Shown in pieces: positions 24,624 to 34,537 of a stretch of DNA of 47,220 nucleotides. The notes beneath the pieces were generated by a model. The model made no database searches. It was not told the DNA's origin and worked only from the letters and a program-made list of their open reading frames with translations. Location: the IMG/VR virus record IMGVR_UViG_3300049846_000516, positions 1-47,220 of that record; one strand, 5' to 3'. Position 1 is the stretch's first letter; every line of letters begins with the position of its first letter. The position numbers and the translations under genes are program-made. This DNA is from a virus. Its lineage: Duplodnaviria > Caudoviricetes.

Positions 24624-27055
24624 TCTGTTATCTCACTCATGTAGACAATCTTCCTATCGCCGTTGTCATCTATACCGTGGATTTTCCACTTAGACCCTGG
24701 CGGGTGGAGTACTTCATGCTCTCCGGGAAATTCAGTTAGAGACTCAATGTATCTACCAGTCTTAGTTTCGTGGATATGAAGTTGCAGATCTTCGTCCCTC
24801 GACTTTGTTGTAGAAGACAGCAGTCCAGGTTCTTGCCAAACTTTATTTTTAGACTTGAATGCATCCTTAAACATTTTAAAGAGATCCTTATTGTCGTAAT
24901 ACCTATTCAATCCTCTAACTAAGATCTTGCCAGGCTCTAGTTTATGTACTGGTAATTTTTTAAGGGCATCGCCGATTGCTTTCATGGTCGCCTCATGCCT
25001 TTCTTTTAGAAGCGGTTCGTCGAACATATTCTGATCAATCCACTTAGGATTCCTTGCGTACGAATTCAACCAACCATCGCCTGTGCGAGTATAAAAATTA
25101 ATAAGTAGATTTTCTAGATCTGTTAACCCAGCTTCTAAAGCCCTGGTTCTAAAACGAGCTATACTTTCGTCCAAGCGGTTGTGAGTGCCCCGCGTATACC
25201 ACATACTATCAAATAGGAATTTCTCATGAACGTTACGCAGATTCAATCTATCGTACGCTTCTATCGGAGCTCGTCTGTAATCTCCGGAGTATACATTAGT
25301 AGCGGCTAACACCTTATTAGGAGAAGTGGCCACATCCCTTGGGGTAGCATAATCCCAAATCTTTCCAGAGAATTCTTTGACCTTACTGTGCGTATGATGA
25401 TGCAAGACTGTAGTAATCACATCATTATTAACGCCGATCTTTTTACCAGCTTTAAAAATAGCTGCTGCCATATCTGGCATTTTCTCAATTAGCTTATTTA
25501 TGGCGTCATCTTGTGCGTAATGTATAGAACTATGAAGATCATTCCATAAAAGAGTAAGACTGTTCTTATTCGGAGGATCCGCTTTAAACACGCCGGGGTA
25601 ATCAGCTTCGGTAAGAGAAGCAATCTTCGCGTTAAACGTAGAAGTACTAGAGAGTACAGTAGTACCGCTACTCTGTGCTGGAGCAGCTGTCGGCTTCGGA
25701 GTGCTGGGCGGTGTTGAAAAATCCAGAGTGACTGGATCTATCTTTCCGTTCGGCGAAGCATTCAGATTATATAATTCAGTCAGCTGATCAGCATCTTCTG
25801 ATGTCTGCAATATATACTTTTTGCCAAACTCACTAACTATAGCGTCGGCTACTTTAGGGCTAAAGCCGGCATTAGTTAGTTTATTTAAAGCCTGTACTTT
25901 TTCGGACTGCTGTTGAAGCGCCTGCGGTGCTGCTTTCGGAACAAGTGTAGCATTCTGCTTTATCAAGTTAGCCGCATCACCAATACTAGTATTAGTGGCA
26001 CTAAAGAAGGTTTCAAGTACTGCCTTCTCTTGTTCTTGAATAGAATTGTTTAATGGATCTATATGGTGATACGCAGCGGTGGTATCCACATTCAGCATGA
26101 ATGCTTTTATTTCATCCTTCTCGAATCCTAATTCATAAAGCTTCTGTTTAAGAATTTTGTCCTTAAGTTCTTGACTTCCATTAGTAAACAATACTTTATT
26201 AGCAGCCAGTGTATATGAATCGGATAGGAGATACCCTTTACCTCTGTGTAGAGCAGAGGCTAAGTCTACAACTTCTTTTACCGTCTGAACTTTTAGCGGC
26301 CCTGGCTTGAATTGATTGAGTGCAGAGTAAAGAAAATGCGGAGCTACATTCGCCTGAGCAGCCACCTCGTCCATGATTTCTTGGGGGACTTTTGCGAACG
26401 CGACCATTTGCTCATTAAATGGAATAGGCGCAGTTAAATCTACAGCTGAAACATCTACTTTTGATTGCTTCAGCATAGGAATATAGTGCACGTTCAGATC
26501 TTTATGAGCCTTAGCCACCGCAGTTATATAGTCAGGATCGTCTGTTTCTTTTAATACTGGGAGTTTTCCATTCAGCATATACTGCTTGATGGAGTCAACC
26601 ACTACCTGGTCCGGGTACCCAGACGCTAGGTCTGCTTCAGCGGCTGAAATGATCCCCACTTCTGTATTAGGCGGCGCTGCCTTAAGCTCCTCAAGATCGT
26701 ACCAGTTATCACTCTTGAGTTTATACAAGTACGATACAGCATCGAACCCATCTAACTTAGCTATGTCAGCAACAAGATCATGTTCCTTCAAAGAAGGATT
26801 AGTCATGTAGAATTTTTGCTGCCCCTCCGCCATGCTTTGCGCAGTATCGGCATCCACGCCGTACTTAGCCATGAAGTTCTCGGTAGACTCAATCAGATTC
26901 TGGTTGAGCTTACCTGGAGTCCAGTACTTCTGAGCTTCAGTAGCTAGTTCGCGGTTCCATTCCATTATCCACTTAGCGTCAGCGGACATGCTGGCCGACT
27001 TAGCCAGATCGGGGACTACCTCGCCGAGGTTCTTTAAAAGGGTAGCTATTCCCAT
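24620..27055 (-). CDS. Probable internal virion protein with C-terminal ADP-ribosyltransferase domain
   Basis: YT...LN..R, LVRG, LLSSTT, EFPGEHEVL.PPGSKWKI: R-S-ExE signature of VIP2/C2/Alt-type ARTs. Confidence 0.85.
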   Translation of the reverse strand: MGIATLLKNLGEVVPDLAKSASMSADAKWIMEWNRELATEAQKYWTPGKLNQNLIESTENFMAKYGVDADTAQSMAEGQQKFYMTNPSLKEHDLVADIAKLDGFDAVSYLYKLKSDNWYDLEELKAAPPNTEVGIISAAEADLASGYPDQVVVDSIKQYMLNGKLPVLKETDDPDYITAVAKAHKDLNVHYIPMLKQSKVDVSAVDLTAPIPFNEQMVAFAKVPQEIMDEVAAQANVAPHFLYSALNQFKPGPLKVQTVKEVVDLASALHRGKGYLLSDSYTLAANKVLFTNGSQELKDKILKQKLYELGFEKDEIKAFMLNVDTTAAYHHIDPLNNSIQEQEKAVLETFFSATNTSIGDAANLIKQNATLVPKAAPQALQQQSEKVQALNKLTNAGFSPKVADAIVSEFGKKYILQTSEDADQLTELYNLNASPNGKIDPVTLDFSTPPSTPKPTAAPAQSSGTTVLSSTSTFNAKIASLTEADYPGVFKADPPNKNSLTLLWNDLHSSIHYAQDDAINKLIEKMPDMAAAIFKAGKKIGVNNDVITTVLHHHTHSKVKEFSGKIWDYATPRDVATSPNKVLAATNVYSGDYRRAPIEAYDRLNLRNVHEKFLFDSMWYTRGTHNRLDESIARFRTRALEAGLTDLENLLINFYTRTGDGWLNSYARNPKWIDQNMFDEPLLKERHEATMKAIGDALKKLPVHKLEPGKILVRGLNRYYDNKDLFKMFKDAFKSKNKVWQEPGLLSSTTKSRDEDLQLHIHETKTGRYIESLTEFPGEHEVLHPPGSKWKIHGIDDNGDRKIVYMSEITE

Positions 27056-27060
27056 TTTAA

Positions 27061-29097
27061 TTATACATCATTCAGGAATGTGAACTTGAAGTCAGGAAGA
27101 TTGAATTGACTAGGCCGCTCTGCTGCACGTTGCTGTTCTGGAGTCTTTCCAGTCAAACGTTCGCGTATCCGTTCGCGCCCAGCCTGATTAGATAATGGCC
27201 ACCGCCCACTCTCCATGAACTCCCTGGCAACTTCAGATTTAGGAATTACTTGGTCCCCAAGTCGAGTATTCCCGAGGGCTTCTTCGATAGCAATGATATC
27301 AGGAAGCCTGGAGCCTACCTTATTGGCCGCACTAGCTGCTTCTCGGGCAGCATTCCTGTACTGCTCCGGTACTGTATCCTTAACTGTGTACCTGACAGCG
27401 CCATTCTCCTGGTATTGCGGTTCCAACCAGGCATCCATACTCTGAACAAAGTCAGTGAGTCTTGTGGGTTCGCCTGTTACAGGGTCAGTGAAGCCCGGGT
27501 TAACCATTTGGAGTTCATTCAACTTATCGCGGACTTGAGTCTGCACATACCTAGAGAGGTCCTCAAGGTGCGCATTCAGCCCCTCTTGCACTCCTATGAA
27601 CTTATCCTGGTTCTTACCAGCAGAGATCAGCCGCAGCGACTCAGGCCTAGCCATTGTCTCTATCATGCTATCCAACATCCTAGTGTATTCGGGGTTCCCG
27701 GAGCCAGGTTTGTAATCCCTCCACAACTGGGAGATAACGCCAAGGTACTGGTCTGGAGTAGTGTTAGCACCATTAGCCAGAATACTAAGGGAGTCTTTGT
27801 AGTTCTTAACTACTTCTAACTTTTCTTGCGGCGTCTCCGCCGTGTTAAGATCCCGACGTATGATGTCAGCAGTAACTGTGCCGTCTTGTTCCGCGATCAT
27901 AAGCGCATAAAGAGGTTCTACTTTATTAGCTAGATCTGCACTCAAGCCGTCTTTAGTAGCCTGGTCACCAACAAGATTGATGGCGGCTTGCCTGGCTTCT
28001 GCGTCTGCTAACCACGGGTAAGTCTCGTGTACTTGTCGGTACGCCTTAGACTCAGTCAGGCTTTTTCCGACTTCGTACTGCTCTTTACTTACCTTGCCGC
28101 TCAGGTAGTCTCTTTGCATAGCTACAGTTTCTCGGTATGTAGCGATAGCATTCTCGAACTTTTCTTTACTAACAGTAGGCGGCTGAGATTCGCGCATAGA
28201 CTGCAGATCATTCTGCACTTGAGTATCGAATTCCATCAGGGCAGAGGTTCTTTGCTCCGGAGTCATGTTCTCCGGCATTGCCCCGTACCTGCCAATAAGT
28301 CCCACCATAAATCCTTGGAGAGCTGTTGCTTTCCCAGGAGCGATAGCCGTTCTAGTGTTAGTTACAAAATCTCGCTCAGATAGCAGATCTTGTTTTCTTA
28401 ATTGCTGCGTGTCAGCTTCTGCAATCTTACCAGCAAGAATGCGAGAATTGTTTGCTGATACTCGGGCAATCAATTCCCCATCAGACATAGCTTCTGGAAC
28501 AAGCCCCTGCTGCCTTCCATCTTTGCGGTACTCTTCCAGAATTTTTTGACGCTGCTCTTCCGGACTAGAGACAATACCTTGCAGTTGCTCAAGGATCCCC
28601 TTACCGGAAGATGCGTTGAATTGCGACATAATGATGTCAGCATTCATTGGATCTTGCGCTATCAGACGACGCAGTTGCGCCCCCTTCTGGAGGACTGCAG
28701 CTGTAGAATTAGGATTCTGCATCTCTGATAGTCTGATCTTATTAGCAACCCTACCTGCCCTTGCAGCTGCTGCATCTTCTTCTGCCGCAGCTAGCTGATC
28801 AGCTACAGTAGCTTCCGCCTGTTGCATACCGAGTTGAATCATTTGATCAACAGCAATAGCAGTACCTACGCCGCGGCTCTGCCTATCAAGTTGTTCTTGA
28901 TTCCACCGGCGGGCAGACTCATCGGCCGCAGCTTGACGGGCATCCTGCACAGCAAAATTATTAAGATCGGCAGCTACTCCAGCCGCTCCCCTTGTTAAGT
29001 CAGTGCCTGCTCCGCTTTGATACATCCCGAGATATGGATTCAGTTGCGGTGCTTGGATGTCTTGGGCCATTACCCTTAAGTCGCGAGGCGGTGCCAT
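27061..29097 (-). CDS. Internal virion (ejection) protein
   Basis: 678 aa, A/Q-rich helical; lies in the ejection-protein block. Confidence 0.65.
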   Translation of the reverse strand: MAPPRDLRVMAQDIQAPQLNPYLGMYQSGAGTDLTRGAAGVAADLNNFAVQDARQAAADESARRWNQEQLDRQSRGVGTAIAVDQMIQLGMQQAEATVADQLAAAEEDAAAARAGRVANKIRLSEMQNPNSTAAVLQKGAQLRRLIAQDPMNADIIMSQFNASSGKGILEQLQGIVSSPEEQRQKILEEYRKDGRQQGLVPEAMSDGELIARVSANNSRILAGKIAEADTQQLRKQDLLSERDFVTNTRTAIAPGKATALQGFMVGLIGRYGAMPENMTPEQRTSALMEFDTQVQNDLQSMRESQPPTVSKEKFENAIATYRETVAMQRDYLSGKVSKEQYEVGKSLTESKAYRQVHETYPWLADAEARQAAINLVGDQATKDGLSADLANKVEPLYALMIAEQDGTVTADIIRRDLNTAETPQEKLEVVKNYKDSLSILANGANTTPDQYLGVISQLWRDYKPGSGNPEYTRMLDSMIETMARPESLRLISAGKNQDKFIGVQEGLNAHLEDLSRYVQTQVRDKLNELQMVNPGFTDPVTGEPTRLTDFVQSMDAWLEPQYQENGAVRYTVKDTVPEQYRNAAREAASAANKVGSRLPDIIAIEEALGNTRLGDQVIPKSEVAREFMESGRWPLSNQAGRERIRERLTGKTPEQQRAAERPSQFNLPDFKFTFLNDV

Positions 29098-32000
29098 TAT
29101 TTAATATCCTCAAGCCATTGAAGGATTCTATCCTTGTGCTTAAAATTAGGTTGGTTATTTATTTCGGTAGCAAATGATGGGTCTAGAATAGAGGGGATGT
29201 CTCCGCCTATCCTAAGAAGATTCCGATACAGTTCATTTTCTGGGCCACCGCTTTCAAGGGAAGTGTACTTATCGCGTACACGATTCATAACGTACCGGTA
29301 TTCATCTTCCCCGAGAGATGCCTTCAATATAGTACCGATATTTTTTAGGTCACGGTGCCTAGCTTTAAAGTCTTCTTTACCGTCTGCAATCTGAACTGCT
29401 TGATAGAGTGCGAATTTATACCAATCATCAGCTACCTCATTCAATTCAGACTTCAATCCTTCTTTCTTCGGATTGCCCATAAGACCTCGAACTTCCATCA
29501 GATCAGTGCTTACTTCGCGTTGCCGCTTAGTATTGAATCCTAGGATAGCGCGGGCCCAAGTCTCCCCATCCGTAACTTCAGTACCAAGATTACCACTAGC
29601 CGTGATATGTCTATCAACAGTATCTTCAATCCTAGCTTGCATGAAGTTATTAAAGATCGGAAGCATTTGCTTACCAGTCTCGTTAAGAATAGCCATGAAT
29701 GCATCAGTGCCAATCTCAGGATCCGGCACTGCGCCAGCGACAGTTGCTGCAAAAGAGATTGCCTTATCAGCACGTTCAATCATCAGCGTTGCAGGACCAA
29801 CTGCTTCAGCTAACGTCATGTCCTGTATGAACATAGCGTTAATAAGCCACCCTAATGGGTTACCCATGCCAACAATCTGGCTTCTGCCGCCAATACCCGA
29901 GAACGGCGCGATAGAAGAAGATACGTCTAGATCTGTGCTAAGTTCTCCCGGATCTTCATCCCCCATTGCAGCGAACGATAGATTGATCAGAGTACCAATA
30001 AGGCCTTCTTCAATCTTAGAGTTCACTTCAGGCGGTACCTCGATGCCGAGGTTCGCAACAAACGATTCGTACATCTGGTTCAATCCGAATGCACCGACAC
30101 CGTACAGTACCATCTGGTTTGCAAAGATAGCGGCCTTCTCTTGGTTAGAGAAAGCTTTATTCGAGAACTTAGAAAGACCGGCAAGAGATCCTGCTTTAGT
30201 GGTGTTAGGGATCAGAACTTGGAAGGACTTAGTCGCGTGGCTCATGAACTGCATGATCATGCCAAGCAATCCTTTTTGAGATTGCAACATGCCTGATTCA
30301 TTCATGTTCAGCGAGATCGCGCGAGCATCGCCGGCTATCTTCAGAAGATTATCATCCTCTGCCCACAGGTGAGCAATCTTAGGATTACGAATCATCCAGC
30401 GATTGCGCGCAGCTAAGTACCCAGCCATCAACTGAGACTGTTCGCCAGCATCAAAGCCGATACGACGAGCCACGCGCTTGACATTTCTCCATACAGTTAG
30501 AGGCTTGTCTATCCACGGATTAAGCCCGAGCGCAGTTGGAGATCCCAAATGACTACGCTCTACATTCGTCATCACGGAGTACATATGATGATCGATAGAA
30601 TCCGGAAGTCCAGTCTTCTTGTACGCATCAATGAATTTCTCGTACTCTTTTACATCCATGCCAGCCATCTTAGCGCCGACATGCTTAACTTCATCCCACA
30701 TTTTAGTATGTCGCCATACATTCCCGTGCATTAATGCGCCGTACTCAGGGATGCCTTTAGTAAGGAAGTACTTCATTGCCCCCTCAATACCGAGATACAT
30801 CGACATCTGCTGCGCCTGCATAACAAGCTGACGTATCGGATTAAAGATAATGAAGTGAGTGAATGCCGCACCCTTAACACCATTAATGGGATTCTTACGT
30901 CGATGATTGACCAGACCTTCGGCTATTTTATTAACGAAGGCGTTATCCCACCGAGTGCTCAAGTGCTCGGAAAAATTAATCATGAAATTACGGAACGCAT
31001 GCGTGACGGCAGAATCGTCTACGCCGGCAAGAAGTTTGATGTGGCGTTGCAAAGCTAGTGCTTCGCCGAAATCGGCGGTCTTCCGGATATCGCTAGTCAC
31101 TCTAGTGAGGTCTTGCTCTCGCCACGGCATCTTGCCATTAGTGCTGAACTTCTTACCGTACTTCAGTTCCCAATTCTTAGTGAGCTTGTCTACGAGAGGC
31201 TCTACAGTGTTAGCGCTTGCTGCAACATTCCGACTGAGCTGAAGACTATCGGAGATACTTTTCAATCTACGAGCGCCATCAATCCCGAAAACTTCTTGGC
31301 CGCGCCTAGAAGTGAACAGCATCCCAGAATCTTGGAGGTATTCTAGCGAGGTACGGTTAGCGTACTCTTTGTCCGCCTGCAATTCCCTAGCATCGGTGGG
31401 GATATACTTCTTAATTTTATATTTAGGATCTGCGGCGTGCTTGATCTCTTCTTCAGCATGAAGCTTCGCAAGATCGCGCAGCATTTCGCCTCTAGTGGCA
31501 TACATCCTGATAGCGGATGCTCGCTGCTGGTAATACCCATCAGCAAGGCCTCCTTTGACTTGACGGAGGATGTACGAAGAATCATACACTCGCGAGATAT
31601 ACCCCCGCTCGTTCCTAACTACATACTTAGGAAGATTCTTGACCTTCAGTCCTTCACCGTTCTTAAGAAAGATATAGCGAATCTGCTGCTTATCAATCCA
31701 TACCGGAGTATGCAGCTTAATGAATTTGTTAGCAGTATCTTCTGCCATATCATCAAGCATCTTAGAATCTACATTAAGTACTTGCTTTTTATTAGCGTCG
31801 TAGATTCTGCGGATATCGCGGGGAACGTGAGTCTTAGCAGTGAAGTCATCGCCAGCTACTGTCTTAAGCTCATTCCGGCCAACGTACTTCCCCATCTGAG
31901 AGAAGTTGTCGCCGAACATTTCTTTAGGCAGAATAACATGCTTATAGTTTTCATTAGCCAGTTTAGCCCTGGCTCGCTTATTGATTTCTTTGTAGACAAC

Positions 32001-33998
32001 TTGATTATGGTGCAAGACAGCTTTGTATCCAGCAATCAAGTCTGCAGCATTCGGCTCATTCTGCCATACATTAAGCAGCTCGACGTCTGACCACCACTCT
32101 TTCTGCCTGTCGCCTTCGTCAAGCATCTTAATAACTTTAGCTTGGTCGTCCTGCTTCAGGATAGTCATCGGCTTAAGCATGCGGGTCATGGCGCCTAGCT
32201 TAGCCGAACGTTGATCAGTTGCTACGTTCCCGGCATTAACAAGCCACGAGACAAAAGTGGCGCTCTTATCTGCCCACGCAGCAAGGCGACCAACAACATT
32301 ATTGCCCGTAAATATCGGAACATCGTCAAGAGCGTGATTAGCCATCAAGCGCTCTTCTACTGATAAGCGAATAGAGTACTCGTTCTTACGCTTAGGATCA
32401 AACCAGCCTTCCTTCTTAGCTTGTGAAAGTGGAACGAACTCATCATCTGTATAGTTCCGCACCATCAATTCAGTGCTTGTATCAGAGAATTCTTTAAAGG
32501 TTTTAGCAGTATCCATCGCCATCTTTTGAGACGTGAAACCGCTGCTAGGCGTATCATAAATATGATAGTTCGCCCTATATCCGCCGGGGATTATGTCAGT
32601 CTCCATCTTATGAAGATGGATGTTAGGACTAACGGAAGCCAGAGATTCGAGCCGCTCATTCAGCGTGCCCTCCGCGCCCCTTATTTCGGCTTCGGTAAAG
32701 AACTGTCGACCCGGATCTAAGTCCACCATAGTGTCATTAAGACTATGCAGACTAGGAGTTATCCCGGGGTTAGTATTGGGCGGATTAGGAAGTAGTCCGT
32801 CGTTTGCTATTTGCGGATTAGTGGCGCCAATACTCTTAGCAGTCTCACCAGTAGTATCCTGAAGCGCCCCTATTTGAATCTCTCTAGCCGTTGTAGGAGC
32901 TACTTGCTCTATAACAGATGCTGTAGATCCGACCGGTTTATTCTCTAGAGTATTATTAAGAGCCTTATCTAATTTCTTTTCGAGAGAAGTCTTGAGTTCA
33001 TGCACCACCTTCTCGTGGCCAGTAACCGTTGCCACCACCTTTTCAGTGGCAATGGTATCCGTAACCTTCTTGCCAAGCATAACGCGACGCAGAGCCTTAG
33101 CTCCAAGTATACCGGCGCCCTTAATTATGCCAAGACCTATGTAATCAAGAGATCCGAAAATGTTATCAGACACCCTATGAGCAGACGCCGAATCGATATC
33201 TTGCACCAGTTCTTGCCACAAGACCATCTTGGTATAGCCATTGTCATTCCCAAATACTGGGTTATTCTCAATAGCTTCAGCAAGCCTACGAACTGTTAGT
33301 ACCTTTTCTTCAGGCGAGAGTGAATCGAGATGCGCTTTCCAACGAACCTTAAGATCGCCAGCGCCATCAGACAGAGGCCAAGGCAGCCTCCCAGTTGTAG
33401 TAACAAACCCGGGAACAACTTCATTCAGAACATCTTTAATATTCTGATCGTACCAAGGAGCTAGTATTCCGATAGTAACATCGACCGGAAGACCGATCTT
33501 ATCTGTGTTCCAAGTGAGCGTATTAGCAGCTTCGTTGATAGCTGCATCGACTTTAGCCAGCTCGTGGTAATGATCTACGAGTGCGTCCTGCGCTTGCAGA
33601 TCGCTTACAGAATCTATATTATTAAGCGCAGTGAGGTTTCGCTTTGCACGATCGATAACAGATTCTTCAAACAATGGAGAATCTATTGCCGATTGCGCAG
33701 CTTGAACCTGTTGAATCTTTTCCTGCTTAGGAATGTTAGGATCCGCTATGATCGATTCTAATTGTTGACGTACCTGAACTGTCTGCTGCTCTTTAAACAA
33801 AGCATTCAGTCTATCTTGGGTAGGAGAAGTACTAGATGTTTCAAGTTCAGCGCGCACAGTCTGCCCAGTCTCAGGACCGGCTGCAACGGACGTAAGAAAC
33901 TGGCGACGATCAAGTTCTGTCTTAGGTACGACAGGCTTGATCTCGCCGGAGATCCAGCTGAAATCATCAACTGAAATATCAAACGGTTCTTTAACCAT
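29097..33998 (-). CDS. Large internal virion (ejection) protein
   Basis: 1633 aa; size and position analogous to T7 gp16. Confidence 0.7.
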   Translation of the reverse strand: MVKEPFDISVDDFSWISGEIKPVVPKTELDRRQFLTSVAAGPETGQTVRAELETSSTSPTQDRLNALFKEQQTVQVRQQLESIIADPNIPKQEKIQQVQAAQSAIDSPLFEESVIDRAKRNLTALNNIDSVSDLQAQDALVDHYHELAKVDAAINEAANTLTWNTDKIGLPVDVTIGILAPWYDQNIKDVLNEVVPGFVTTTGRLPWPLSDGAGDLKVRWKAHLDSLSPEEKVLTVRRLAEAIENNPVFGNDNGYTKMVLWQELVQDIDSASAHRVSDNIFGSLDYIGLGIIKGAGILGAKALRRVMLGKKVTDTIATEKVVATVTGHEKVVHELKTSLEKKLDKALNNTLENKPVGSTASVIEQVAPTTAREIQIGALQDTTGETAKSIGATNPQIANDGLLPNPPNTNPGITPSLHSLNDTMVDLDPGRQFFTEAEIRGAEGTLNERLESLASVSPNIHLHKMETDIIPGGYRANYHIYDTPSSGFTSQKMAMDTAKTFKEFSDTSTELMVRNYTDDEFVPLSQAKKEGWFDPKRKNEYSIRLSVEERLMANHALDDVPIFTGNNVVGRLAAWADKSATFVSWLVNAGNVATDQRSAKLGAMTRMLKPMTILKQDDQAKVIKMLDEGDRQKEWWSDVELLNVWQNEPNAADLIAGYKAVLHHNQVVYKEINKRARAKLANENYKHVILPKEMFGDNFSQMGKYVGRNELKTVAGDDFTAKTHVPRDIRRIYDANKKQVLNVDSKMLDDMAEDTANKFIKLHTPVWIDKQQIRYIFLKNGEGLKVKNLPKYVVRNERGYISRVYDSSYILRQVKGGLADGYYQQRASAIRMYATRGEMLRDLAKLHAEEEIKHAADPKYKIKKYIPTDARELQADKEYANRTSLEYLQDSGMLFTSRRGQEVFGIDGARRLKSISDSLQLSRNVAASANTVEPLVDKLTKNWELKYGKKFSTNGKMPWREQDLTRVTSDIRKTADFGEALALQRHIKLLAGVDDSAVTHAFRNFMINFSEHLSTRWDNAFVNKIAEGLVNHRRKNPINGVKGAAFTHFIIFNPIRQLVMQAQQMSMYLGIEGAMKYFLTKGIPEYGALMHGNVWRHTKMWDEVKHVGAKMAGMDVKEYEKFIDAYKKTGLPDSIDHHMYSVMTNVERSHLGSPTALGLNPWIDKPLTVWRNVKRVARRIGFDAGEQSQLMAGYLAARNRWMIRNPKIAHLWAEDDNLLKIAGDARAISLNMNESGMLQSQKGLLGMIMQFMSHATKSFQVLIPNTTKAGSLAGLSKFSNKAFSNQEKAAIFANQMVLYGVGAFGLNQMYESFVANLGIEVPPEVNSKIEEGLIGTLINLSFAAMGDEDPGELSTDLDVSSSIAPFSGIGGRSQIVGMGNPLGWLINAMFIQDMTLAEAVGPATLMIERADKAISFAATVAGAVPDPEIGTDAFMAILNETGKQMLPIFNNFMQARIEDTVDRHITASGNLGTEVTDGETWARAILGFNTKRQREVSTDLMEVRGLMGNPKKEGLKSELNEVADDWYKFALYQAVQIADGKEDFKARHRDLKNIGTILKASLGEDEYRYVMNRVRDKYTSLESGGPENELYRNLLRIGGDIPSILDPSFATEINNQPNFKHKDRILQWLEDIK

Positions 33999-34536
33999 TC
34001 GGATTTACACCTTGAGGAAGAGTCCCATTAACGCGCCAGTTATACTGTTCTTGAGGCGTTGCCAAACGCCCAGTAGCAGTCCCTTGGAAGTTCTTACTAG
34101 CCCAATTACCGAATTGAGGACTAGTCACCACAGAGTTAGCTACATTGAACGCGCCTGACACAGTATCCCATCGGGCTGCGCTCCGTGCTCCACGAGTAAG
34201 TGCAGTATTAATGCCCCAGTCTGTAGCGACCTGCGTATTCATAAAGCCAATATTAGCAGCAGTTTGGGTAGAAAGAGATCCGGCTGCGCCAGTAATAGCT
34301 GAACTAGAGCGGGCGCCTTGTGTCTCCCCCATTTGCTGTAGCTCAGCTTGCATCATTCTACGTTCAGCCACAGCCCGCCTTGCTCTATGCATCGCTTCAA
34401 TTCGAGCCCCAGCATTCTGCATTTTGCGGGCTTTCTCTTGAGCCTCATTAGTTTTTGCTTGGGCCTGCATCGAGGCAGCTGTACCAGCCACAGCTGTTAC
34501 AATTGCCGCTATCGCTAGTGCAGTTTCTAAAACCAT
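33991..34536 (-). CDS. Small internal virion protein (T7 gp14-like position)
   Basis: Hydrophobic Ala-rich N-terminus, A/Q-rich; start re-called to MVLETAL. Confidence 0.65.
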   Translation of the reverse strand: MVLETALAIAAIVTAVAGTAASMQAQAKTNEAQEKARKMQNAGARIEAMHRARRAVAERRMMQAELQQMGETQGARSSSAITGAAGSLSTQTAANIGFMNTQVATDWGINTALTRGARSAARWDTVSGAFNVANSVVTSPQFGNWASKNFQGTATGRLATPQEQYNWRVNGTLPQGVNPNG

Positions 34537-34537
34537 T

